Source of the DNA: Haliotis rufescens
Lineage: Eukaryota
Direction of reading: 5' to 3'
NCBI RefSeq assembly: GCF_023055435.1
Contig: NW_025964223.1
Location: 51,032,936-51,090,000, forward strand
DNA length: 57,065 nt
Each line of letters starts with the position of its first letter. Position 1 is the first letter of the stretch. The notes below the pieces were generated by a model. The model was not told the origin of the DNA. It searched no databases and worked only from the letters and a program-made list of their open reading frames with translations. Of this stretch, positions 35,714-47,456 are shown piece by piece. The position numbers and the translations under genes were made by a program.

Positions 35714-37791
35714 GCAATTGCCTGAAGCATATAAAGTTCGATGCAGATTTAGTTCGGGGACCTGTATTAGGAAAACACTATGGGACAGCACATAGCTCTG
35801 TGCAGCGACAAGTCAATATCAAAATCTTTTATAGGAGAGTAGCACAGAGATACGGTTATCGCAGCAACGTATTGTCAAAACGGAATAGTCAACTCCTATG
35901 TTTGACAATTTTATCAACAACGGAAGGCATAAATACATTTATCGTTGTTTGTAACTGGTTAGAGTAAGGTTAATTCAGGCTGATTAAGGGCGAAATAAGT
36001 TTTGAAAGGTATGCATTTAGATATTTCAGTAGTTTGCTTTAAATATAACTTGATACAAGAAGGTCGCAAAAATACTTAACGTGTATGAGTTACACATTTG
36101 GAATTAAATAAGGCACGGTTTTATTAGAAATCGTTTCCTGGTTAAAAATTGCCGCAAGCAGCCAACTCGGATACGATTATGGCGCATTGGTGATGATTTA
36201 CAAGTAAACAGGTTTACTACCTTATACATGCGTACCTCAAAGCTTTTTTCTTAACTGGTCTTTATTGTACTTTATCGAGGTTTAATACCATTTGCTCCGA
36301 TAACCTCGGCATCTCTTATAGCAATGACATCTCGGAAAGATATAAGGGCGTAAAAATACAGCTGCTGCATTATTTTTGCAATACAAAAATTATTCTCGCC
36401 TTGTCATTTTATAAGGGGTCATTGTTGAAAGTATTTTAGAAATTGTTTTTAGTTTTCTTGTATAACTGAAAGGTGTCAATGCTACATATGGACGACACAA
36501 ACACATAATTAGAAGATCCTTGAGGATGTTTTAGAGACCCCATTAATGTGACCATACACATTTAGGTCTGCAAACAAATCGAAAATGTAAACATTTGTAA
36601 GATCATTGGAACTTATAGTTCACGTGAACTAAAGTGGGTCAGAATGTCAGTTCCAATACGTCTCCTTCAGGGGGTATGTATAGAATAGCATCGTTATTAT
36701 GTTGACAAATTTGAGCGAAACCAATTTTTGGTCCATCCGTGGGTATCGGTAACGTGGGTCTTGTCGCTTAAGACATGTGATGTTTAGGGTGGAGAGGTGG
36801 ACGGGCGATATCGAGGTATACAATGCAAAAATTCATATTAGTATTTCATCATACACAGCTCTGAATCCACCAAACAATTAGTTCCTTCTAGAGGCTGATT
36901 CTGATTTTGCACCGACCGTTTCTTAACGCCGAAGACCATTTGTATACTCCCAAGTTCCTGACCTTTCAAACACGCACAGTATTTCGCTTAACTACAACAA
37001 AACCATACTATGAACACTGATGAAAAGATTAAACAGTGAACAGATTATGTGATTAAAAGATGCTAAGGGACATAACTTACAGAAGCAGTTGGCATGATAC
37101 ACAAGCGATACTGTGGAATCTCACACATAACATCACAATTCACAAATCCCCGAGGCAAGAGTGTCCATTAGCCAATATCAAAGCCTAGTTTCTACCCTTG
37201 CCATTGCAAGCAAACTGTTCTTGGCTCGATTGTGGCACCACCCCGTGTAGAACACGATTTATGTCTCTTGTGATGAAAACACGAAATCCAATCAGATCGA
37301 TTTTCTCATTTCGAATGGCTTTACAAGGATGACTACCATATCAGACAGCATGGTCGATGAGAAATGATTTGAGATTTCATCCCTGACAGACAAAAAAAAT
37401 GACAGATTATTATTATTTGTACTCAAATATATACAGGTAAATGGGCGAGTAATTGAAAACTTTGAACCACTTTCAGTGCAAATTCAGCGCAAATTCGACA
37501 GGCGATGGTTGTGTCCACTGTAGCAACCACGGTTCGGAACCTGAGTCGGATTGGACTATCGAACACGTAACATATCCCTATGATAAATGACCAGTCCCTA
37601 AATAATGTTCCAGTACATTCATGGCCCATCCCCCTTAATCTCACCGCGCCGCGATTTCACAGTACTATTTTACTGTTTACATTCGTCAAGATGAGTAAAT
37701 ACTAGCCGAGAAGAGAGCCTATGGTAATTCTGTCTCGAAACACAGTCTTAGCACTTACTGTATCAAGTAGTACATGCCTTATAAAGCCTCT

Positions 37792-38071
37792 GGGGGCACC
37801 GGTTGCCCAGTCGTCTAAGGCGCCGCGATTCGCTGTGCAGAGTTGCGTCCCTTAGGCACTCCCTAAACCTATGATTGTGGGTTCGAATCCCGGTTCGCCC
37901 CGATAATGTTTCTAGGTTTGTCAGCACCATACTCGTGCTCTTGGGTTTCACTGAAGTGATGAACGTCTGATACCTGCATCCCTTGGGGCTTTCCTCCCAC
38001 ATTAAGCTGACACGCCGTGATATTACTGGAGTATTGTTAAAAGCGGCGTTAAACCCAAGTCACTCACTCAC
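37792..38071 (+). mobile_element. Full-length family A SINE with 12-bp TSD
   Basis: TATAAAGCCTCT at 37780-37791 and 38072-38083. Confidence 0.92.
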
Positions 38072-38953
38072 TATAAAGCCTCTCATAATATGGGACTATA
38101 AGCCACGAGTGACGTAAACGAACATGTGTGTTGATGCAGTTAGGCTGTGGAAATGATTAAAGCTTAGTACGTTCTGGTTGTGCACGTCCACGATATACAT
38201 AAGATTGCAAACCCATTCATGTAGAAGTTAACACTAATTCTTACTATCGCTTAGTGCCCAGGGACCTGTTCCTCAAAGCGATGTTTCGATATGATATCGG
38301 ATATATATGCTTTTATAAATACTGGTGGAATTTTTTTTAAAGCTTTAGATATATATATATGCCTTCACAATGTCATACAATGGTGTCGTTAATTTGGCTG
38401 GTTTTAAATAGATATAAATGTAATCTCAAATGTGTACACAAACTCATCCAGTTTTCCGTGTGTGATAAGTGTTTAAGAAGATATGAAACTGCTCGTTCAA
38501 TTATCTAACAGTCTTGTGTACGTTCAACCGAGGGCAACATTTCTCGTAAATAGTAAATACGACATACACGTAGCGTACCCAGCACCAAAGCTTGAAACAG
38601 TAAGTAGTTTTCTGATGAATTCAAGTAATCCCTGCTAAGACGAAGCTCATCATCTTTCAAACCTAACACACAGTAAACCGATTATCGATAAATTGTAAAT
38701 TGTTTTTCAAGGCTAACATAGAAAATACTAACAAATAATGATAATGACAAATATGCTTGAACTGCATCATCATATCTTACGTTCTCTTAATATTTCATAA
38801 AATTATTTCACTTTTTTCTGGAATATCGTTTACTCACTTTGAAAGGTCAAGATCACTGTCAAAAACTGAAAACATATTCTCATTGAATGAACAAAAGGTC
38901 TGCATCTGTTTATGATGGTATGGATGTCACACACTTATTAAACGTTTGTGTCG

Positions 38954-39098
38954 TTCTCTGGCGTTGACGTTTGGTGGTTGTGTTACTGACTTAATAAGTT
39001 AATAAGTAAGTAGTGAACGTTTAATGACCTGAACGGTTAATAACTGGGCCTTTCACATAGAGAATAACTGTGAAATTCAAAACGTCGACGCCAGAGAA
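38954..39098. repeat. Small inverted-repeat element (MITE-like) upstream of the second TLR
   Basis: TTCTCTGGCGTTGACGTTT ... AAACGTCGACGCCAGAGAA: 19-bp inverted repeat with 1 mismatch. Confidence 0.6.
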
Positions 39099-39461
39099 TA
39101 ATCAGTCTCGATTATATGTCGAAACAGATTCTATAGGGCGTACAAGTCAAAAGCGGGATGAAAATTATATGAATGGATCACTGAAAATCAGTGATGATTC
39201 AAAGTGTTACTGAAAAAGGGTAAGCATGTTCTGCTCTACCGGTAGCACATGCCACTCACACACGTTTCATAAAAAATAAATGTTTGATTATTGCTAACGC
39301 TGCATCCAGCAATACTCAATGAAACAATGACAGTCAATGAATCAACTTCAATATCAACCAGGTGGCAATATGGATGGATAACCTTAATTACCTATGTAAG
39401 TCTCTAGTGCTTAGCTGTTCCATTGAGCTGTCAAAAAGGGTTTCAATGTTTCTATTTTTAG

Positions 39462-41879
39462 ATGCAAACCCACCAGAGATGGTCACTCTACCAAGGGGGT
39501 TCAATGATCCTGTTCATTATCCTTGGATCTATCGGCTCAGGATCAGCACATAGTTGCAGTAGTTTACCAGATAGTATCCATCAAGGAACCTATGTAAACT
39601 GCAGTAACAGGAATTTAACAAGCATACCCATTGATCTACCGAGAAACACAACGATTTTGGATCTGAGCTTCAACATTATTTCAAGCCTCTCAAACATATC
39701 ACTAAATTTGTCGTCTCTAATTAGGTATTTGCAGATTGCATTTAACAGTGTTTCAGGTCTAGATGCTGGGGCATTTTGGCTCATACCTAACATTGAAGAG
39801 CTCTATTTGAATGACAATAATCTGTCACTAGATTCGTCTACCTACCCTGAAAATGTTTTTCTGTCTCTACAAAAGCTTCAAAAGCTCCATATCCATAACA
39901 ACGACATTCGTCCTTGGGGTTCCTATCCAGACAATGCAATAGGAAAACTGAGAAATCTCAAAGAATTGAAAATTGACACATTTGTAGACACTCAATTTGG
40001 ATCCGGATTCGCCAGACTGCAAAGCCTGAAACATTTGTTACTCGGCTTTGGTAGATGCAAACTGTCACACATATCTAATGATACATTTAAATCTTTTGCT
40101 AATGTAACACTTGAAACCGTTGACCTTCGTTACTGTCCGATTGTTTCAATACAGAGGAATGCATTCGCACACTTCAAAAGTATCAAAGATTTGAATCTGT
40201 CAAATGCGTTCCCATTAAGTCCAACTGAAGCTGTGTCTGCATTGTATGGTTTAAGACTGAGTAACATGACATCCATCAAGATTAATAACATATTCAACTA
40301 TTTCAACCTTGTGAATTCCATAACGCTGAGAATAATTGACGATAAAACATGTATCAACCTGAAAGATGTCTGTGTTGAAAGGTTTGAAATGACCAATAGT
40401 AGAATTTTATGGATCACTTCAACATTGAACAATGAAGGATCACGATTCGCTTCTTGTATAAAGGTTCTTGATTTGTCTGGAAATGACATATATGGAGACC
40501 CGAAATTTCTGTTAATGATATCCTCAATGCCAAACCTTATCTCTCTAGATGTGTCAAGCAGCGATGGCGTCAAAAGAGAATCACAAACTGTAAGAAATAT
40601 GCAAGTATGTCAAAAAACAAATATCACTCTTGGAATCACACTACCTGAGAAATTGGTAAATTTAAGTTTTAGCCCCAAGAATGTCGGTTGTTTTTATAAT
40701 CTTATTTTCTATAATGCTTCATCTCTCAGACACCTTGATGTATCATATGCTAGCCTTGACAGATTTAGCAGCAAATTCAAGGGACTAGAAAGTTTGACCT
40801 ATTTGGACATCTCAGGCAATAATTTTGCAGGATCACCCGTATCAGGTTTCGACAGTGTTCCTCAACTTGAATCTCTAATTATGGCTGATTCTAATCTTGA
40901 TCAGAGGGGAGCACTATTAAGACTACAGCATAAGTTATTGTCACTAACTCATTTACACACACTAAGCATTAGTTCCAATAACCTTCAATTGTTCGATGTT
41001 AAGAATTTGCAAGGGATTGGACTGAGGCAGTTTATTTTGTCAAATAACAGATTTTCGGAGATACCATTTGACTTAACCACAACGCCCCATCTGAGTCACA
41101 TTGACCTCAGTTTTAACTCACTGACTGTTCTTTCGTCAACTGAAATGAAACATCTGGATGACCTGGCAGCCAGAAACAACATCTCTCTGGATCTTGAGGG
41201 TAACCTTCTTGCCTGTGGATGTAAGACTTTAGACTTTATAATGTGGTTGTTCAAATCAAATGTTCAACTACAAGAAAGAAACTACCCATGTGTCAGAGAC
41301 GACGGCTCAGTGGTAAATACGTCCTACATCTATGAACACCATGATGAAGAATGGCGACGGTGTTCCGGAGGTTTCTGGTTGTCTACGAGCATAATACTTT
41401 TAGCCATGTTTCTGTTAGCACTTGGTATAGTGTCAATAATAAACCAAAGAAAGACTCTTCTCGTGAATATCCTTCTTCGGATGTTCGGTTTCAAGACAAT
41501 GAGGAAGTCCCTGACAAGAAATGATTTCCCCAATGATGCGTACATCGGATATAGCGACAACGACTACCAGTATATTTGTCACACTGTGAGAGATCACCTG
41601 GAGAATCAGAATGGGATTAAACTGTTCCTCAAGGACAGAGATACCATCCCTGGAGGAGAAATCGCCGAGGACATCATTGACGGTATAGACTCCAGTTGGA
41701 AAATCTTGCTAGCTCTCAGCCAATCATTTCTTGAGGATCAGTAGTGCCGCTTCATTGTCAAACGTGTAGTGTATTCCTCTTCTAGAATGCCAGCAGGGAG
41801 CATTGTTCTGGTGTTGTTTGAGGACGTGCGACGAGCGGACATATATCAACACTCGTCGATAAAAGTTTTAAAATGTTGA
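39462..41879 (+). pseudogene. Toll-like receptor paralogue with truncated TIR (ORF 39462-41744, 760 aa; homology continues to ~41850)
   Basis: Intact signal peptide (probable start Met at 39504), LRRs, LRRCT, TM and TIR box 1/BB loop. TAG at 41742-41744 replaces Trp of EDQWC. In-frame CRFIVKRVVYSS...LFEDVRRADI still aligns to the first TLR, then repeat sequence takes over. Confidence 0.85.
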
Positions 41880-42100
41880 GGACCTTTCCAAATTTGACGC
41901 ATAAGTGAGAACAATGTCTGGTGCAATTCCCTAGTTTGACTTGTACCATAATATGTTCCTCTGTTGTGAACAATTGTTTTGCCTTTACATGTGTCTGTGA
42001 TGAGTGGGCCGGGACATAGTCACCTTTTCGCGGACACCTGGTATCATCACTATTTGATAGTGATTCATAAACAAATGCTCATGACATAGTCATGAAGGGT
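41860..42100 (+). mobile_element. Penelope-like (Naiad-type) 3' remnant replacing the TLR C-terminus
   Basis: gaggacctttccaaatttgacgcat...tgcaattccctagtttgacttgtaccata...caccttttcgcggacacctggtatcatcac aligns to the rc of 50540-50745 and 55720-55910. Confidence 0.65.
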
Positions 42101-42712
42101 CTTGTCATTTATATTTCAATGTATATAAAATTGTAAGTAGAATAGTTGTCTTTTCGTTGATTTTGGATGAGACAGTGAATACTTTGATCAAAGAAACAAT
42201 ACATGCAACGACTTCGATGCATTAAAAGATTGAAAGTTTTCATTATAATTATATCAAATGTATATATATGACAAACGCTCAACCCTTTCGCTATTTCCGT
42301 GAACATTAACATTAACAGACATTTATTGACACTTTTGAGATGACCCCTACTCATTACAATAGCGTTGGGCCGTTAGGTTGTTTTTCATTCTACTGGTGTG
42401 GGAGATTTCCGCCTACATCATTACACTGTCTGGATGACATTGAATACCTCGGTTACAGTAGACTGCGATTCTCAACGTTGGTCCCCAGACACCTGATGTA
42501 ATTCAATAGGGTGAATATGGCCGATATCTTTTAATATATAGATGAACTTTGTCGTTGTATAAAATGCTAGCATAAACTTCCGGAAATGCACAATTATAGA
42601 ATCCTACAGACTATAACAATTGTGGACACCAAACATAAGCATATACTTTACGCACTTTATTGCTTTCACATGGATTGGATTTATATGGATTGCTCAGTGT
42701 GTTGGAGATATA

Positions 42713-43109
42713 TACTGAACCGCAAAAGAAACATCACAGGCTCCAGCAACGGTACCAGACCACCAACACTAGAGATGACCGACCACGTAGTGGAAGATCT
42801 AGGGTCACGCCCCGACGTCAGGATCGTCAGATTGTGCGACAGCTTCTTCAAGGTCGCTTTGTTACTGCTGCGGAAACTGCTCGACGGACCATGGGGACAC
42901 ACCAGCGACACATTAGTGTGGACACCGTGCGTCGACGATTGACGAGCAGACACCTCCACTGTCACAGGCCACACCGAGGATCCATTCTGACACCACGTAA
43001 TCGCCGGGACTATCTTCAGTGGGCAACACAGCACCAGTATTGGCGCCACCAGCAGTGGAGAAGAGTTCTCTTCTCAGACGAGAGCCGTTACTGTATCTCA
43101 ACAGCAGGT

Positions 43110-43146
<37 letters not shown>

Positions 43147-43868
43147 TGGCGACGCCGTGGGGAACGTTATTCGGGTGCTTGTGTTGTCGAGAGAGATTCG
43201 TGGGGTGGTCCGAGCATCATGGTGTGGGGTGGAATTCGTCTTGCACAGAGGGTCGGCCCTGTGGTCTTCCAGGACATCGGTCCAGGGAGAGGCAATGATG
43301 TCACAGCAGCTCGGTACATTGATCAAGTCTTGAGACCACATGCCATACCTCATTTGGCACGTCGCCGCAACCACGAGTTTCTGCATGATAACGCCCGTGC
43401 CCACACTGCGAGAGCAACAAGAGACTTCCCCCAGCAGAATGGCATCAAACAATGCAGTGGCCTGCCTCAGTCCCGATTTAAATCCCACTAAGCACCTGTG
43501 GGACGAGATTCAAAGACGGCTGAATGACGTCCGACCAACTGCAGCTGAACTGCGCCAGGCGTTCCTCAGAGTGTGGGCTCAAGTGCCTATGGTCTTCATC
43601 AAACGCCTCATCCATTCCATGTATCGACGTTGCACGGCAGTCACCAATGCACATGGCGGACACTCGAGATACTGACTTGTGATGCCATTTGCTCAGAGAC
43701 GAGTGATGTGTTTCACTTTAAGAACATTTGACACTTTAATTTCAACCTTGATGATCAGTTTTGCTATGTTTCATCTTTTTAATATGCCCCAAAGTATGTT
43801 TACAGTGTTTGGACAAATAAGGTTTCTCATATATCTAGCCATGGTGACGTTTCCTTTGCGGTTCAGTA
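42713..43868 (+). mobile_element. Tc1 transposon, both TIRs present, dead transposase
   Basis: TIR TACTGAACCGCAAA(A/G)GAAAC(A/G)TCAC at both ends with TA flanks. Motifs DRPRSGR, VLFSDESRY, IMVWGGI, FLHDNARAH, SPDLNPTKHLW. 5' internal deletion; (AG)n frameshift at 43113-43144. Confidence 0.92.
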
Positions 43869-44793
43869 TATTTGCTTTTCTGAAACTGTATAAAGCAGTT
43901 GTAATTGATATGTATCATCAATCTTGGAATAGTATCATAGAACGTAGCTCAAGATACTAGAGTATAAGGAGTTTTAAAGCTTAACCGAAGTTTCTCACCC
44001 TTTTACGTTTGTATCCTCTCTGTAATCTAGGGATAAAAAATGAATATAATTTAATTATAAAATGTTATACCTAGTGGGGCCATACGACACCTCTATCTAC
44101 CAATAAGGTATTGTAAAAATCCGAAAATGTATAAATTTGGAACGCTTCTGACTTTGAACAATGTCAGGATACTGAGAAACGTATGAACATATTTATGTCA
44201 CAGTTATGAAATGAGCCAAAGCTTTTCAAATACTGGAATAGTATGAAGTAAGTTATGTGTGAGTCCATGTACCACTGTAATGCAATGTATATATGCACTT
44301 TCTCTGTATATGGATCGTTGAGATTCATACAAATAAAGCCTCGACTTGCTACCAATACTTAAACTGCGTTGTTCCGTTGTTAGTCGTGACACCTGTTTCA
44401 GCTTGGGATGAAAACATAAACGTCTGGCTTTTTCCTTCGTGGTGGGGCATAGGGGATTTATTCTCCCTCTCAGAAATCCACGTGCAGTGTTCTTCGTGGC
44501 GGGAAAAAGAATATTTTCTCCCGCTCAGAAATTGGATATATAGTATTTTATCAAGCTCACGTGAACACGTAAGATCTCACCATTCTGACATAGAGGTAAG
44601 ATAACTGTGTCTATACCCTCAATACCATTGGACACCTCTTCAACCATCCTTCCGTTGTGAAATACGTTGACTGGACACCAGTTGCTACCAAAGCCAATTC
44701 CTTGTTCATACCTCAGGTTAACGGCAGGGTGAGGGGAGGTGAAAAGGAGTCTAATGTGGCGTGTACATAGCGACGTGCATGCATGCATGCATG

Positions 44794-44798
44794 CGTGT

Positions 44799-44839
<41 letters not shown>
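44794..44839. repeat. (GT)n microsatellite
   Basis: Direct inspection. Confidence 0.95.
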
Positions 44840-44841
<2 letters not shown>

Positions 44842-45599
44842 ACTCCGGTTATTCCGGTTCTACAGTTCTAGAACACTGAAATACCAAGTCAAGTTTAACA
44901 TGAATACCCCACTCAGACACAGTATACTGACTCCACGTAAGTCAAGGGGAACCCCTACTTTCAGACAAGTTACAATTGACAAAAAAACATTTCTGCAATA
45001 ATCTGACTTTAAAAGCTCCCAATCTCAAAATCATTTTTTTTTTACTCCGATACAATACCTCTCAGAATCAAGATAGGACGACACCTCCAAATATCGTATA
45101 GGACGTATAGGAGAAGAAGATCTGATTTTAATGAGATTGAAAAGCTCCTAGTTACTGTTATGTTGTAATCATTTCCCATTTTTGACAAATTATTGGACAC
45201 AGGTTGTTTTCCAATCTTCATTGCATTATTTAAACACTTAGATTTGAAGGTTACTTTTTTAACGTTTAACATTTGCATCTGTACAAATCGGCATATGAAC
45301 TTATATATCATTTGTCCTACATGTTACTATCCTACTTGTATCAGTGGAAGCTATCTTTGATTAGGGATAGTGCTACTGTAAACCCTACGAGAGCAGAGGC
45401 GTGGTCTGTCTGACATATATAGCAAGTCCAATAGAGAAACACCTAAACCCCATAAATCTTTTATACTGTACTGAACCTCCGCTTGAACATTCTTTCGTTT
45501 TCAATACTGCTGCACTGTATGCATATATAGTACATACCATGGCGTCAAGAATTTGACGGAGTCCTGCATGGTGTAGATTGCTAAATAATGATAGCAATT

Positions 45600-45712
45600 A
45601 AAAGAATGGATCACTGAAAATCACGATGACACCAGGTGTTCGCAGGATCAGGGTTAGCATATCCTTCTCTACCGGTAGCACCCGCCGCACACAACTTTCA
45701 TTAAAAAAGGTC
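45600..45712 (-). mobile_element. Penelope-like (Naiad-type) 3' UTR core remnant; a similar copy lies at 39170-39275
   Basis: gaatggatcactgaaaatca...agggt(t)agcat.t.ct.ctctaccggtagcac is shared with 39171-39250 and with the rc of 1-80. Confidence 0.55.
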
Positions 45713-45832
45713 CACTGAGTAAGAAGGTGTGAACAATCAACGTGAACATAGCATGGGATGACAAACTTCATGATGACAAACGAAGTGTCATATTCAGTAT
45801 CATGGCTCGCCTCCTGTAGCCTCAAACTTTGA

Positions 45833-45995
45833 GGGTGGTTGGGTAGCCTAGTGGTTAAAGCGTTCGCTCGTCACGCTGATGACCCGGGTTCGATTCCCGA
45901 CATGGGTACAATGTGTGAAGCCCATTTCTGGTGTGCCGCCGTGATATTGCTGGAATATTGCTAAAAGCGGAGTAAAACCATACTCACTCACTCAC
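45833..45995 (+). mobile_element. Full-length tRNA-Asp-like SINE (family B)
   Basis: A-box TAGCCTAGTGG, GTC anticodon-like loop, B-box GGTTCGATTCC, shared tail, (ACTC)n, TSD ACTTTGA. Confidence 0.9.
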
Positions 45996-46307
45996 ACTTT
46001 GAAAGTAACAAAACAATACCTCCATCAGCTGATTTTACTAACACTTCAGGAATAGATTGTAATTGAGATGCCGAAATAGGTAAATATCAATATTGTTATA
46101 ACCATCACAGACACCAAAGAACCTTTCTCCACATGCAAATAACTCATCAGTTCGTTTTAAAAAGATTTAGTCACACATATAACATTTAACATTATTTTGA
46201 GGTCATTCTTACTTTTGGCGTGTAAAACAACATCGATAGCTTGTGCTAAAATACTCTCAACCTAATTGCCGTTTTGCAGCATTGATCATATATGGTTTGT
46301 TCTGTTC

Positions 46308-46540
46308 TGATTGTTTGCTGTTTAACGTCGCACTCAATCAATATTCCAGTTAAATGTAGGCGGTTTGTACATAATCCAATCTGGACCAGACTAACAAGTG
46401 ATTGATATTATGAACACCGCCGGGTACAATGACACATAATCAATCAAGTCACCGAGCTTGACCACCCGATCCATTCAATCGCCACTTCCGATAAGCTCAG
46501 GCTGTTGTAGACCAGATCTAACCCGGATTCCAACTCGGGC
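46308..46540 (-). mobile_element. Degenerate family C copy, head-to-head with the 46596 copy
   Basis: tttaacgtcgcactca..aatattccag...tctggaccagac...gaccacccgatcc...tctaacccggat. Confidence 0.75.
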
Positions 46541-46595
46541 GATGATCTCTCACGGTTTTCATAGATCAGAGCTAAAATATTAAAACAATGTCAGG

Positions 46596-46863
46596 GACCC
46601 TTGAAGATTCCGGGGTAGAATAGGCCTTCAGCAACCCATACTTGCCGTAAAAAGCGACTATGCTTGTCGTAAAAGGCGACTAACGGGATCGGGTGGTCAG
46701 GCTCGCTGACTTGGTTGATACATGTCATCGATCCAAATAGCGTGGATCGATGCTCATGATGTCAATCACTGGATTGTCTGGTCCAGATTCGATTATTTTA
46801 CAGATCGCCGTCATAAAGCTGGAATATTGCTGAGTGCGGCGTTAAACAACAAACAAACAAACT
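46596..46863 (+). mobile_element. Full-length family C SINE-like element
   Basis: Starts GACCC; (CAAA)n tail; 13-bp TSD AAACAATG(T/G)CAGG at 46583-46595 and 46864-46876. Confidence 0.92.
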
Positions 46864-47181
46864 AAACAATGGCAGGCCTTTGAAAGGCAGTTGGACGCTG
46901 GTGCCTTCTAGAGAAAGATGAAATGATATACCCCTGGAAATGAATTAATCGGTAATGACATGGGCATGTGTCTCATTCAATTGTAAACTTGACTTGACAG
47001 GGTAATCTGAACATGACCTCGGTATCAGCATGACATCCTGGAGACGGCAGTTATCCCCCACTTTCACAATCATGCGTTAGCCACTAGATGCATTGGTCTT
47101 CATGGATGATGATGCTAGTTCTTACAGATCACGTGCTGTTCTGGAATGCTTACAGAATGCCAGCGAGACACTTACTAAGAG

Positions 47182-47456
47182 TGAGTGAGTAGGGTTTAAC
47201 GCCGCTTTTAACAGTATTCCAGTTATATCACGGCGTGTCAGCTTAATGTGGGAGGAAAGCCCGAAGTGATGCAGGTCTCAGACGTTTACCACTTCGGTGA
47301 AACCCACGAGCACGGGTATGGTGCTGACAAACCTAGAAACATAATCGGGGCGAACCGGGATTCGAACCCACAATCATAGGTTTCTGGCGTGCCCAAGGGA
47401 CGCAACTCTGCACAGCGAATCGCGGCGCCTTATACGACTGGGCCACCCGTGCCCCC
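47182..47456 (-). mobile_element. Full-length, near-consensus family A SINE with perfect 13-bp TSD
   Basis: CACTTACTAAGAG at 47169-47181 and 47457-47469. Confidence 0.95.

Noticed and set aside
35394-38111. A single DNA transposon with 320-bp TIRs
   Set aside because: No TSD at the outer ends and no transposase; the arms are SINEs, one with its own TSD.
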